Numbered from the stretch's first letter, positions 9,358 to 19,281 are shown. The stretch: 41,537 nucleotides of DNA from Polyangiales bacterium (GCA_045106895.1 JBGCFM010000090.1:1-41537), one strand, 5' to 3'. Program-made: numbers and translations. Notes: generated by a model not told the origin, from the letters alone.

Positions 9358-10392
9358 ATGGGGTTCTGGCCGTTTAGCAAGAAGAAGAAAAAGAGCGCCG
9401 ATCCGATCTCTGAGTTTTGGCAGTGGTGGGCGGAGAGTGGCGATTCCATCGCTGACGCGCTCGACGCGGGCACCGTACAAGACTGGGTGGAGCAGATTTC
9501 GGCGCGCGTTCATGCCATCGATAAGAAGCTGAGCTGGGAGTTGGGGCCTGGTGTTCAATCGACTCATCACTTGTGTGTGACGAGCGAGGGCGACCGTCAG
9601 CGACGAGTCACGTGCGAGCGTTGGCTCGCTCAAGCGCCATCCAGTTCAGCCCGATGGGAGTACTACCCAGCGCGCCAAGCGCTCCCCGGCGAAGTCCAAG
9701 GGCAAGCCTTGAAGCTCGCCGGTACCGAGATTCTCTTTGCGGACTTCCGCTTCGCGATGGACGTCGATGAGACTCGTCGCCTTGTTCACCTTCGCGTCAC
9801 GCACCCATCGTTTGCGAAGCTCTCCGAAGAACTGCGAGGTACGGCGACGTTTCTTATGTTGGACAATGTTCTTGGCGAAGATGGTGTCGAACGATGGCTC
9901 GGCGGCATACACATCGACGCCGGGCCCAGCGAAACGGCGGACACGGACGTCGATCCAAATGGGCTCCGCGCCATGCTCGCGGCTTGGAATTCCGCCGACG
10001 CGCAGATCGCGATCCTTGAGATGCAAACGAACGAAGGCCCCGTCATCCTTGCGGTGGACTTCGGCGTGAAGCGTCTCGATCATCTCCTCATGGACACCCA
10101 CTGCGCGGTGATCATTCGCATCGAAACGCCCACGGAGGCCGGGCTGGTGGAGGACGCCGAGGCCGCGGAACTCAACGAACTCGAGGATCGTCTCTTTGAT
10201 TCCTTAGGCAACATGGCCATCTTCCTCGGCCGAGAGACGGGTCTCGGAGAGCGGGTCATTCACCTGCATTGCGACTCGACGGGTCGCGTCCCCGAACTCA
10301 TCCACAAGTGGGGATCGCAGCACCCACACCGAACCATCGACCTAGCCGTCAATCACGACCCCGAATGGTCGGTCCAACAAGATTGGCTGTGA
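9358..10392 (+). CDS. DUF695-like domain protein
   Basis: ATG at 9358 after GGAG. Starts MGFWPFSKKKK-ISEFWQWW; contains LMLDNVLGE and ends in a ferredoxin-like C-terminus DPEWS, as I recall for DUF695 proteins. Confidence 0.65.
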   Translation: MGFWPFSKKKKKSADPISEFWQWWAESGDSIADALDAGTVQDWVEQISARVHAIDKKLSWELGPGVQSTHHLCVTSEGDRQRRVTCERWLAQAPSSSARWEYYPARQALPGEVQGQALKLAGTEILFADFRFAMDVDETRRLVHLRVTHPSFAKLSEELRGTATFLMLDNVLGEDGVERWLGGIHIDAGPSETADTDVDPNGLRAMLAAWNSADAQIAILEMQTNEGPVILAVDFGVKRLDHLLMDTHCAVIIRIETPTEAGLVEDAEAAELNELEDRLFDSLGNMAIFLGRETGLGERVIHLHCDSTGRVPELIHKWGSQHPHRTIDLAVNHDPEWSVQQDWL

Positions 10393-10416
10393 TCTAAGGA
10401 GCCGACGGCTGAGAAA

Positions 10417-11535
10417 CTAGAAGCGGAGGCCGAGGCGGGCGCTTACGCCGAGCGCGATCGCGCCTCCACCGTTGGTGATGTACATGAACTCGGGCAGTGA
10501 GCCTTCCACGTAAAGAGCGCCTGTCAGGTTGTAGGTCACGAGCGCGCTGGCGCGGACCATGAATCCCGGGCCTCGGTCACCGCTGATGGCCTGAAAGAGA
10601 CCCACCTCTACGGTGCCGCCGATGTGAAGGGGGGCCGTAATAGGGCTCAGCAGGTACGCAGCGCCGGCGTGGAGCGTGATGGCGCTCGCAGCCCCGAACA
10701 TGATGTCCAAGCCGCCGCGAACCTCGAAGCCCGGGAGACCCGTGAAACCACGGCCTACTTTCAACTCGATGGAGCCGAGGGATCCACCATTTCCGCCATT
10801 GCCCGTGCTCAGAAGCGGCCGGAAACCAACGCCGACTTCAACGAGCGTCAGGCCGTCTGCCACGCCGTAACGGTCGCGGTTTTCGAACGCCTGCTCGGCA
10901 TTGGCTTCGGCTTCGGCGGCCGCGGCTTCTTCGGCGGCGATGCGGTTGGCCTCTTCTTCGGCAAGACGCGCTTCTTCTTCGGCGGCGAGTCGTGCCGCTT
11001 CTTCGGCGGCGAGTCGCGCGGCTTCTTCTTCGGCGCTCAGCGCGCTGGCTTCCGCGGCCCGGGCGGCGGTGTCTTCTCCGGCGAGGGAGAGGCCATCTTC
11101 GCTCAGGCCTTCGGGCCGAATCAGGGCCTGCAAGAGCGTGCGCAGACGAAAGGGCTCGTTCGAGCGACGTACCTCTGCGTCGAGCTCTTCAACACGCCCT
11201 TCTGGGGCATAACCGACGCGCAACGTTGTCCAGTAGGCGTCTTCGCTGTGGTCATGAATCACCGCGACGATGGTCCACTGGGCGTTTTGCAACTCCGCGA
11301 TGGCGCGCATTTCGTTTGCCGTCTGCGGCATGGCGTCGGCTTCTCCCCGCGAGCCTTCCGTCAGGGCCTCGTGGGAGAGGGCCTGAACAGCAGCTGCAAC
11401 GGCGTCTTCGATGTCGTCTCGTTGCTCCAACGGGACTTCGCCGGATGCCGGCAGGACGACGACTCGGTCGGCGCTGGCGACGGAGGTGAAACCGAGCGCC
11501 AAGAGGGTCGCGACGAACGTGAAGAAATGGCGCAC
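10417..11535 (-). CDS. Secreted protein: alpha/beta N-domain, Ala/Glu helical linker, C-terminal outer-membrane beta-barrel
   Basis: GTG at 11535 gives the signal peptide MRHFFTFVATLLALGFTSVASA; AEEAARLA repeats; about 8 amphipathic strands ending ARLGLRF (terminal Phe, BAM-signal-like). Confidence 0.75.
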   Translation of the reverse strand: MRHFFTFVATLLALGFTSVASADRVVVLPASGEVPLEQRDDIEDAVAAAVQALSHEALTEGSRGEADAMPQTANEMRAIAELQNAQWTIVAVIHDHSEDAYWTTLRVGYAPEGRVEELDAEVRRSNEPFRLRTLLQALIRPEGLSEDGLSLAGEDTAARAAEASALSAEEEAARLAAEEAARLAAEEEARLAEEEANRIAAEEAAAAEAEANAEQAFENRDRYGVADGLTLVEVGVGFRPLLSTGNGGNGGSLGSIELKVGRGFTGLPGFEVRGGLDIMFGAASAITLHAGAAYLLSPITAPLHIGGTVEVGLFQAISGDRGPGFMVRASALVTYNLTGALYVEGSLPEFMYITNGGGAIALGVSARLGLRF

Positions 11536-11650
11536 TCGCAGGTGCGATCGAGAAGAAGGGTTCACGTTTTGCTTTCTGGACGCCATCGAAGCGGGGTTGC
11601 TTTCTCTTTTGCTTTCTCGGCTACTTGGACAAAGCAAGAATCCCGCCAGC

Positions 11651-12133
11651 TCACTTCTTCGCATCGTACTCGGCGATGAACTCAGCGGGAGCTTCGACGA
11701 GCTCGATGAGCACGCCTTCGCCACCAAGGGGAGCGTCCTCGTTGCCGCGGGGATGAATGAAACAGATGTTGTGGCCGGCTGCGCCCTTACGAATCCCGCC
11801 CGGCGTGAAGCGGACGCCCTTCGCGCTCAGCCACTCGTGGGCGACCTCAAGGTTGTCGACCCAGAGGCCAATGTGGTTCAACGCAGGAACATGCACCCGC
11901 GGCTTCGCCTCGGCGTCGATGGGCTCCATCAGGTCGATTTCGACAAGCCCAAGGCCACGGCCCAGCGTGACGATGTCTTCGTCGACGTTTTCCTTCTCCG
12001 AGCGGAAGTCACCCGTGGGCGTCGCCCCAAGGACATCGACCCAGAGCGTTCGTAGCTTGCTCTTGTCTTTGGCGCCGATGGCGACTTGTTGAACGCCGAG
12101 GATTCGAAAAGGCCGGTCTTGGGGAAGATCCAC
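11651..12133 (-). CDS. VOC/glyoxalase-family protein, methylmalonyl-CoA epimerase-like
   Basis: [40 protein letters not shown] and GVLIELVE motifs; start taken at GTG 12133. Confidence 0.85.
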   Translation of the reverse strand: MDLPQDRPFRILGVQQVAIGAKDKSKLRTLWVDVLGATPTGDFRSEKENVDEDIVTLGRGLGLVEIDLMEPIDAEAKPRVHVPALNHIGLWVDNLEVAHEWLSAKGVRFTPGGIRKGAAGHNICFIHPRGNEDAPLGGEGVLIELVEAPAEFIAEYDAKK

Positions 12134-12197
12134 GTCGCCGCTATAGAACAGAATCGTCGACCTTGCAGCCCTCCACAGCGTGGGCCAGCATCGCAGC

Positions 12198-13172
12198 GTG
12201 AAGACCTCCCTTACAGGCATCAAACCTACTCAGAAACCCCACCTGGGAAACTACCTCGGCGCGATCCGCCCGGCCCTCTCGATGGCCGAGACGATGGGGG
12301 AGTCGTTTAAGACGAACTACTTCATCGCGGATTACCACGCACTCACCAGCGTTCGGGACCCCGCGGCGCTCCGAAGCAGCGTCTATGACGTGGCCGCCAC
12401 CTGGCTGGCGTGTGGTCTCGACCCGGACAAGACGCTCCTCTACCGGCAGTCGCGTGTCGTCGAGGTATTCGAACTCTCTTGGATTCTCTCGTGTTTGCTC
12501 GCGACGGGTCAGCTCGAACGCGGTCACTCTTACAAAGATGCCCTCGCCAAGGACGCGAGCCCGAATGCCGGCGTGTTCAACTACCCCGTGCTGATGGCCG
12601 CGGACATCTTGCTCTTCGACGCGCACCGCGTGCCCGTTGGCAAAGACCAAAAGCAGCACCTTGAGCTGTGCCGTGACGTCGCTGCGCGTTTCAACCACCT
12701 CTACGGCGAAGACACCCTTGTGATTCCAGAGGCGCACATTAGTGATGCGCCGCTGGTCCCAGGAACCGACGGCGAGAAGATGAGCAAGAGCCGCGGGAAC
12801 TCCATCCCGCTTTTTGCGCCGTCGAAGAAGCTGCGAAAAGTTGTGATGGGCATCAAGACTGGCTCGGAGACACTTGAAGAGCCGAAGGACGCGGCCACGA
12901 GCACCGTCTGGCAGCTCTGTCAGCAGGTCGACGCCACCGCGGCGGAAGCCATGAAGGTGAAGCTCGCCGCTGGAAACTACGGCTGGGGCCACGCAAAACA
13001 AGATTTCTTCGAGGTCCTAGAAGCGGAGCTTGGGCCAAGGCGTGCAGTCTATGAGGACTATCGCGGCGATGAAGCGCGTCTGGACAAGATCCTCGAAGCG
13101 GGCGAAGCGCGGGCTCGGAGCGTGGCTCAAAGCACGATGGCGCGCGTGCGAAAAGCCATCGGGATTCGATAG
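12198..13172 (+). CDS. trpS: Tryptophan--tRNA ligase
   Basis: TGIKPT..HLGNY (HIGH), [29 protein letters not shown] and KMSKS motifs. Confidence 0.97.
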   Translation: MKTSLTGIKPTQKPHLGNYLGAIRPALSMAETMGESFKTNYFIADYHALTSVRDPAALRSSVYDVAATWLACGLDPDKTLLYRQSRVVEVFELSWILSCLLATGQLERGHSYKDALAKDASPNAGVFNYPVLMAADILLFDAHRVPVGKDQKQHLELCRDVAARFNHLYGEDTLVIPEAHISDAPLVPGTDGEKMSKSRGNSIPLFAPSKKLRKVVMGIKTGSETLEEPKDAATSTVWQLCQQVDATAAEAMKVKLAAGNYGWGHAKQDFFEVLEAELGPRRAVYEDYRGDEARLDKILEAGEARARSVAQSTMARVRKAIGIR

Positions 13173-14242
13173 TGCGCGAGCTTATCCCGCTGACGGTTCC
13201 CGACCTTGGGCCGGAAGAGGAAGAGGCGGCTCTTGCCGTGATGCGCAGCGGCATGCTGGTCCAGGGTCGGCGCGTGGCCGCCTTTGAGTCCTCCGTGGCG
13301 AAGGCCGCGTCGCGTGAGCATGGCGTCGCTGTCTCGAGCGGAACTGCGGCGCTCACCGTTTCACTTCAGGTTCTCGGCGTCGGCCTGGGCGATGAGGTCT
13401 TGGTCCCCGCCATGAGCTGGCCGAGCCCGGCACATGCCGTGGCTTGCCTTGGCGCCACGCCGGTTCTCGTCGACGTGGACCCGGACGAATGGAACGCGCC
13501 GGCGACAGGCTACGCGGATGCGATAAGCACACGAACGAAAGCCGCCATCGTCATCGATCAGTTTGGCAACCCCGCGCGGGGCGCGGAGATCGCGAAGGTC
13601 CTCGGCGAGATCCCCATCGTCGAAGACGCCGCCTGCGCCATCGGAAGCCGGTTCGCGAGCGGCGCGCCCTGCGGCTCCCTTGGCGCGCTCTCGACGTTCA
13701 GCTTTCACCCGCGAAAGGTCCTCACGACTGGCGAAGGCGGCGTTGTCGTCACGGACAACGAGGACTTCGCACAACGTCTCCGGGCGTTGCGAAACCACGG
13801 ACAAGCCGCGCCAGGGACTTTCGTCGAGGCGGGCATCAACCTGCGGCTGACGGAGATCGCCGGCGCCATCGGCGAGGTGCAGGTTCGGCGCCTCGAGGAG
13901 CTTGTTCAAGCGCGCCAAACGCGCGCTCAGCAGATTCGCGCTGCCCTCGAGTCTGTGCTGACGTTTCAGGCTGTTCCCTCCGGTGCTGTTGCGAACTACC
14001 AGACGCTCGCCGCTCTCCTTCCTTCCGGCAAGGCGCCGGAAGAGTTCATCGCGGATGCTCGCGCCCTGGGCGTTCAAGTCGGGCGCATGTCCTATGATCT
14101 CGGCGCCATCGGCTCGCTGCCGCCGGCGTCGATGCCGAACGCGGCGGAGTGTGTTCGCCGAGGCATCGCGCTCCCGCTCTACGCGACGATGAGCGACGAA
14201 GAGGCGAGCCACGTCATCGACGTGATTCAGCGCGTGCTCTAA
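13172..14242 (+). CDS. DegT/DnrJ/EryC1/StrS PLP-dependent (sugar) aminotransferase
   Basis: SSGTAAL, GDEVLVP, VEDAACAIG and FSFHPRKVLTTGEGG (PLP Lys) motifs; 1-nt TAG/GTG overlap with trpS. Confidence 0.95.
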   Translation: MRELIPLTVPDLGPEEEEAALAVMRSGMLVQGRRVAAFESSVAKAASREHGVAVSSGTAALTVSLQVLGVGLGDEVLVPAMSWPSPAHAVACLGATPVLVDVDPDEWNAPATGYADAISTRTKAAIVIDQFGNPARGAEIAKVLGEIPIVEDAACAIGSRFASGAPCGSLGALSTFSFHPRKVLTTGEGGVVVTDNEDFAQRLRALRNHGQAAPGTFVEAGINLRLTEIAGAIGEVQVRRLEELVQARQTRAQQIRAALESVLTFQAVPSGAVANYQTLAALLPSGKAPEEFIADARALGVQVGRMSYDLGAIGSLPPASMPNAAECVRRGIALPLYATMSDEEASHVIDVIQRVL

Positions 14243-14301
14243 GAGGTAGCCCGGCGCTGCCCACAGCTGAATGTTTTACGGCCCCATGGTATTTTTCCTG
14301 G

Positions 14302-16752
14302 GTGTCACGCCGCCTTCTTCTTCTGCCCTTACTCATCGCCTGTACCGGGTCCATCGGAGACGAGGGGGACGGCGGGATTAGCGGGTTCGACTCCTCCTTC
14401 GATTCCGCCATCGACGGCGAGGTCGAAGTTCCGTGCGGCGAAGCCGGCGCGGCGATCCTCTTTCTAGAACGACGCTGCGCGCGATGTCACCAGGGATCGC
14501 GCGCCTTTCCGGACCTGACCCGTGAAGGTTTGCCACACCTGGCGGAGTTGATGAGTGAAGGCATGCCCGGCGAGCGACTCTTGGTTCCAGGTGTGCCGGA
14601 TGAAAGCTGGCTCTACCGCAAGATGGCCTTCGCCCAAGGAAGTGAAGGCGGCGCGGGGATGCCCCTGGGCCTCGACGGCCCCGTCGAAGAACTCGCTCAG
14701 ATCGAAGCGTGGATCTTGGCCGGCGCCCCAACGACCTGTGATGAGCTCGCGCCTCCGGACGTTCCCTACGATCCCAACGCCCTCGACCCGGCGGAGCTCT
14801 TCTCGTGTGCGGACCCTGCGGCGCCGCGTTCCTCGCCGGCGCGAATCCGCCGAATCGACGAGCGTGAGTTCAACGCATCCGCCATCGGTCGCGCGGGAAC
14901 CAACCCGCTCGCGGCGCCGGAGGGCAGCCGCTACTCCACATACGCCGGCAATGTCTCCATCGAGCCTTCCACGCTCCGACTCTTGATGGCGCAGTTCCCG
15001 CAGGCGACACGCGCCTGGACCGTTCCAGATCCACAACAGGTCGGGAGCACCCGCATGATCGGGGTGAACGTCGGCTGCATCGCGCGGGACGGCGAGCCCT
15101 CTGAAGATTGCATCGATAGCTACGTGCAAAGGCTTTTTGTCCGCGGAGCGGCGTTTCGGAGTCCATCGCCCGACGAGTACGCACGGCTGCGCGCTCTGTT
15201 GGTCGACGCTCTTGGCAACGAAGAGAGTGAGTCGATCCCACGTGTCGAAACACTGGAGCTCGTGGCTCAGGCGGCGAGGCTCTCTACGGCTTCGCTCTTT
15301 CGCGCCGAGCTCGGTGACTCGAGCGGAGCGCGTCGCATCCTGACGCCCGACGAGCTCGGTCTAGCTCTGGGCCATCTCATCGCTGCGGAAGGTCCAGGTG
15401 TTCCTCTCCACAACAACCCGAGCCCCGACGCGCGGTGGTCGGCGGAAGACCCAGACCTCGATAACCAAGAGGCAGGGCGCCTCGGGCATATTCGTGGGGC
15501 CGTGGAAGACGGGTCGATCATGGATCCGGCAACGCGTATCGCGCTCTTCCGTCGCTATGCCGGCGGCATCGTGGGGGAGCGGCGCCCGGACCTCGGTGTG
15601 CGCAGCAACGCCAACGTCGCCCGTGGCGAATACTGGCTGAACACCAACCTCATCCAGTTCTTTCGCGAGTGGTTCGACTACACCGACGCCAACACCGTCT
15701 TCAAACAAGACGAGTCAGCGACAAGCGGCTTTGAAGACGACGATACGGGGCCGAGCTTTGGTGAGCTTCGCTCGAGTTGGAACGGAAGCGAGGGAACGCT
15801 GACACAACAGCTCGACGATATGATCGCGCGCATCGTGGTGGAGACCGACGCCGGCGAAGGTGACGTTTTCCAGCAGCTCATGACGTCCTCGCTCTTTCAC
15901 CTGCCTTCGAATTTGGGCAGCGGTGGAAGCATCGCCTGCGACTCCGAAGAGGACTGTCCGGACAGCGGGGCTACGCGTTGCCCGAACACCGGATTCTGCT
16001 CTGGCAGCACATCGCGAAGTCATGTTTGGAAGCAGGCGGTGTTTGGTCTCCGTGAAAACGTAGGTCTTGAGCGCGCGGATCGCTGGCTTGAGCTGGAACG
16101 CCGTCGCGGCGTTCTCACGCATCCGGCTTGGCTCGCCGCCCATGGAGGAAACTTCGAAGACGACGCGAGCCTCGTCGAACGCGGCAACTGGATTCGGAGC
16201 CAGCTCTTTTGCCAGAGTTTTGGGAGCCTCGATGATGTCCAGGGCCTCGTTGCGATGCTCCCTCCGCAGCCTGAAGAGGCCGCCGAACAGCTCTCGGCTC
16301 GCGAGCGTGTCTTTGTCGCGACGGAGAGCGAAGAGACAGAAGGCGCCGCCGCTTGTTTCGGATGCCATCAATACATGAACTCTCTTGGAAACCCCTTCGA
16401 GGCGTTCAACCACGCAGGATTCGAGCGCGCGTACGATCATGGAGGCGACGTCGATGGCAGCACCGTCGTCGACAACCTCCCGGACGCCGCCCTCAACCGC
16501 GCTTATGCAGACCCCTTGGAGTTTGTGGAGGCACTCGGTGGCTCCGACTACGCCCGACGTGGTTTTGTGCGTCACGCGTTTCGTTTCTTTATGGGCCGCG
16601 ATGAACTCCTCGACGACGGCTGCACCCTTGTGGAAATGGAGGACGCCCTCGAACGCACAGGCTCATTCTTCTCGATGCTCGAGGCGCTCCTCATGAGCGA
16701 GACGTTCACCCACCGCAGAGATACCGACCTGGACGAAGGAGGTTCGCGATGA
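14302..16752 (+). CDS. Lipoprotein with c-type heme motifs and DUF1588/DUF1592-family (PSD) domains
   Basis: GTG at 14302 gives MSRRLLLLPLLIAC; CARCH (14476-14490) followed by LLVPGVPDESWLY..GMP (planctomycete-type cytochrome c); RIRRI; RRGVLTHPAWLA..VERGNWIRSQLFC; CFGCH (16354-16368). Confidence 0.85.
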   Translation: MSRRLLLLPLLIACTGSIGDEGDGGISGFDSSFDSAIDGEVEVPCGEAGAAILFLERRCARCHQGSRAFPDLTREGLPHLAELMSEGMPGERLLVPGVPDESWLYRKMAFAQGSEGGAGMPLGLDGPVEELAQIEAWILAGAPTTCDELAPPDVPYDPNALDPAELFSCADPAAPRSSPARIRRIDEREFNASAIGRAGTNPLAAPEGSRYSTYAGNVSIEPSTLRLLMAQFPQATRAWTVPDPQQVGSTRMIGVNVGCIARDGEPSEDCIDSYVQRLFVRGAAFRSPSPDEYARLRALLVDALGNEESESIPRVETLELVAQAARLSTASLFRAELGDSSGARRILTPDELGLALGHLIAAEGPGVPLHNNPSPDARWSAEDPDLDNQEAGRLGHIRGAVEDGSIMDPATRIALFRRYAGGIVGERRPDLGVRSNANVARGEYWLNTNLIQFFREWFDYTDANTVFKQDESATSGFEDDDTGPSFGELRSSWNGSEGTLTQQLDDMIARIVVETDAGEGDVFQQLMTSSLFHLPSNLGSGGSIACDSEEDCPDSGATRCPNTGFCSGSTSRSHVWKQAVFGLRENVGLERADRWLELERRRGVLTHPAWLAAHGGNFEDDASLVERGNWIRSQLFCQSFGSLDDVQGLVAMLPPQPEEAAEQLSARERVFVATESEETEGAAACFGCHQYMNSLGNPFEAFNHAGFERAYDHGGDVDGSTVVDNLPDAALNRAYADPLEFVEALGGSDYARRGFVRHAFRFFMGRDELLDDGCTLVEMEDALERTGSFFSMLEALLMSETFTHRRDTDLDEGGSR

Positions 16753-18140
16753 GCCGCATCTCACGACGACAGCTTCTTCGCGGAGCCGCCGCCGGCGCCG
16801 CCATTGCGAGCATCGCTCCGTTTCAGCGCGCCCTCGCCGCTGGTGAGGGGCCGTGCCGTTTCCTTTTTGTCCTCGAAGGAAACTGCTTTGAGCCACGCAC
16901 CATGCTCGCGCCCTCCGCTCGCGCCGTCTTGGACGACGGCGCCGCCGGAAGCGCCATTGGCAGTAGGCGATGGTGGTACCGCGACTATCGGCATGATTCC
17001 GTTCTGGACGTTCCGGCTTCGGATCTCGCCGATGCCCCAGCCCTCGGAGCTTTGCGCGACGTCGGCCTCGCAGACCGTGCGACGGCGATCTTCGGCCTCT
17101 CTTCACGCGTCATCGGCGGCGGACACTCGGGCTACCATGGAGCCCTTAGCTCGACGCGAACCCTCAGCGGACTCGCCGGTGGGCAGACCATCGACGCCTA
17201 CCTTGCGGAGGTGGACGCGGTTCGCCGGGAGACGGCCTTTGAGGCCATTCGTATGAACGTGGGTGGCGGCGCATTGAACTTTGGCGCCTGCGCCCAAGGG
17301 CGTGGCCTGAGCTTGCCGCTCATCAACGACCCGCAAGCAGCCTACAACGTTCTGTATGGCGCCTTCGCCGGGGGAGAGGCGGAGCGTGCATTCAACCACC
17401 AGCGCCGACTCCTTGAGTTTCTCGACGCCGACGTCCAAGCCGCCGCCGCGGATGGACGCCTCAGTTTGAGCGACGTCGACAAGCTCGGCGTCTATGGCTC
17501 CGCCGTCGACGCGCTTCAGCTCACGCAGTCGCGCCTCGCGGGCATGAGCGTCACGCCGCCCACGGCGCCGGAGTCTGGTCTCTCGCCGATTCCGCGTTTT
17601 GGCGCGCTCCTCGATCTCGCCACCAGCGCCATGATCGATGGGCTCACCAACGTCGCCGTCGTTGGCTCCGGCGCGGGCGGCCCGTTCTCCTTGACCTACT
17701 CCAGCGTTTCCAGCGTCGGTCGTCACGATATGCACCACGGTTCGTCGCGCAATCCAACGTTGAACGATGCCATCGCAGAGGTGACACGACTTCAGGTGAC
17801 GGAGATCGCCCGGGTGGCACGCCGCCTCGCGGATACGCCGGAGCCGGGTGGCGAAGGCAACATGCTGGACAATACGATCATCGTGTTCATTGGAGACAAC
17901 GGTGAGCAGCATCATTCGACGGCGAGCGAGTTTCCTGTCCTTTTGGTGGGCGGCGGCGCGCACCTCGCTGCCGGCGGGCGAACGCTTCTCTACCCGGGTC
18001 TGAGCGGCGAGGGACATCGACAGGTCTCGAACCTGTGGAACACGATGGGGCACGTAGCCGGGCGTGAACTCAACGAGTTCGGCGGCGAAGATTCGCGCGT
18101 ACGCCGCGCCGCAGGACCCCTCGTCGAGCTGATGGGCTAA
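16749..18140 (+). CDS. DUF1552-family Tat-exported protein
   Basis: Tat signal SRRQLLRG; TIDAYLA, GRHDMHH, NMLDNTIIVF and HHS..FPVLLVGG motifs; ATGA-coupled to its usual DUF1588/1592-type partner. Confidence 0.88.
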   Translation: MSRISRRQLLRGAAAGAAIASIAPFQRALAAGEGPCRFLFVLEGNCFEPRTMLAPSARAVLDDGAAGSAIGSRRWWYRDYRHDSVLDVPASDLADAPALGALRDVGLADRATAIFGLSSRVIGGGHSGYHGALSSTRTLSGLAGGQTIDAYLAEVDAVRRETAFEAIRMNVGGGALNFGACAQGRGLSLPLINDPQAAYNVLYGAFAGGEAERAFNHQRRLLEFLDADVQAAAADGRLSLSDVDKLGVYGSAVDALQLTQSRLAGMSVTPPTAPESGLSPIPRFGALLDLATSAMIDGLTNVAVVGSGAGGPFSLTYSSVSSVGRHDMHHGSSRNPTLNDAIAEVTRLQVTEIARVARRLADTPEPGGEGNMLDNTIIVFIGDNGEQHHSTASEFPVLLVGGGAHLAAGGRTLLYPGLSGEGHRQVSNLWNTMGHVAGRELNEFGGEDSRVRRAAGPLVELMG

Positions 18141-18194
18141 GGCAAGGCGCCGAAATACTGGCTTCTTTTTCGATCGCTCCATTATCCTCGCCTC

Positions 18195-19151
18195 ATGGTC
18201 GATGAAGCCAAAGTGGAGGAGAACGCCGCGGCGCCCGTCGTTTCCGTTCGCGGGTTCAAGAAAACGTACCGCGTCGGCTTCTTCCGCAAGAAGGTCGAGG
18301 CTGTCCGCGGCATCGACTTCGAGGTCCACAAAGGAGAGATCTTTGGTCTCCTCGGGCCGAACGGTGCAGGCAAGACAAGCACCCTCAAGTCGCTGCTTCG
18401 CCTGAGCTTTCCCACCGAAGGGACCATGGAAATCTTCGGGCTTCCGACATCGAGGCGCGAGTCGATGTACCGGGTCGGTTATATGCCGGAGAACCCGTAT
18501 ATCTATCAGCATCTCAAGGCGGGGGAGTTCCTCGATCTCTGCGGCCGCCTCACGGGAATGCCCTCGGACAAGCGGCGCGCGCGAATCGCCGAGATGATCG
18601 AAATGGTCGGCCTCGGCCACGCCACGGACCGCCCCATCGGGCGCTTCTCCAAAGGGATGATGCAGCGCGTCGGCATTGGCCAAGCCCTCCTTCACGATCC
18701 AGAGCTGCTCGTTCTCGACGAACCGATGAGCGGCCTTGACCCGGTGGGTCGCAAAGAAGTCCGGGAGCTCCTTCTCAAGCAGCGCGAGCTGGGCAAAACC
18801 CTGATCTTCACGAGCCACATCCTCAGCGACGTGGAGGCGCTTTGTGACCGCGTCGCCATCATGCGCAAAGGAAAAATCCAAGCACGCGGTACCGTCGCCG
18901 AGCTCTCCGCCACCGATGGCGGCGTTGACGTCGTGATTCGCGGCGGTGACGCGGAGCTTGAAACGAAGCTGGCGGAGATGGGCGAGCTCAAACGACGGCC
19001 CTCGACACTGGAGCTCACCCTCGACGCCGCGGAAGGTCTCCCGGCGGTGATGCGCCTCGTGATGGAGAGCGAAGCTTCTATCGTGTCCGTCGTGCCCCAC
19101 ACCCGTTCCCTGGAGAGCTTCTTCGTGGGTCAAGAAGCCGACGCCGCCTAG
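18195..19151 (+). CDS. ABC transporter ATP-binding protein (ABC-2 exporter, PilH-like)
   Basis: GPNGAGKT (Walker A), FSKGM (signature), [12 protein letters not shown] (Walker B/D-loop), SH switch. Confidence 0.95.
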   Translation: MVDEAKVEENAAAPVVSVRGFKKTYRVGFFRKKVEAVRGIDFEVHKGEIFGLLGPNGAGKTSTLKSLLRLSFPTEGTMEIFGLPTSRRESMYRVGYMPENPYIYQHLKAGEFLDLCGRLTGMPSDKRRARIAEMIEMVGLGHATDRPIGRFSKGMMQRVGIGQALLHDPELLVLDEPMSGLDPVGRKEVRELLLKQRELGKTLIFTSHILSDVEALCDRVAIMRKGKIQARGTVAELSATDGGVDVVIRGGDAELETKLAEMGELKRRPSTLELTLDAAEGLPAVMRLVMESEASIVSVVPHTRSLESFFVGQEADAA

Positions 19152-19177
19152 AGCGTCGCGCTGTGAGTTCGGCCCGG

Positions 19178-19244
19178 ATGATTTTGGTGCGCCCATGATT
19201 TTGGCGGGCCCCTGATCTTGGCGGGCCATGATTTTGGCGCGCCC
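19178..19244. repeat. Intergenic tandem repeat, 4 x 16-17 bp (consensus ATGATTTTGGCGSGCCC)
   Basis: Units: ATGATTTTGGTGCGCCC, ATGATTTTGGCGGGCCC, CTGATCTTGGCGGGCC, ATGATTTTGGCGCGCCC. Confidence 0.9.
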
Positions 19245-19281
19245 TGGCCGACGCGGGAAGATCTCGGCTATGGTTTGCGTC

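Noticed and set aside
9220..9473. Apparent head-to-head overlap of the DsbA and DUF695-like ORFs
   Set aside because: Artefact of longest-ORF calling; the likely starts at 9281 (-) and 9358 (+) leave a normal divergent promoter gap.
18146..18171. Possible intrinsic terminator after the DUF1552 gene
   Set aside because: A T-tract is present, but the stem is only about 3 bp (GCC/GGC), too weak to call.
19178..19244. Possible CRISPR array or replication iterons
   Set aside because: Units are 16-17 bp with no spacers; no cas or rep gene and no AT-rich unwinding region nearby.
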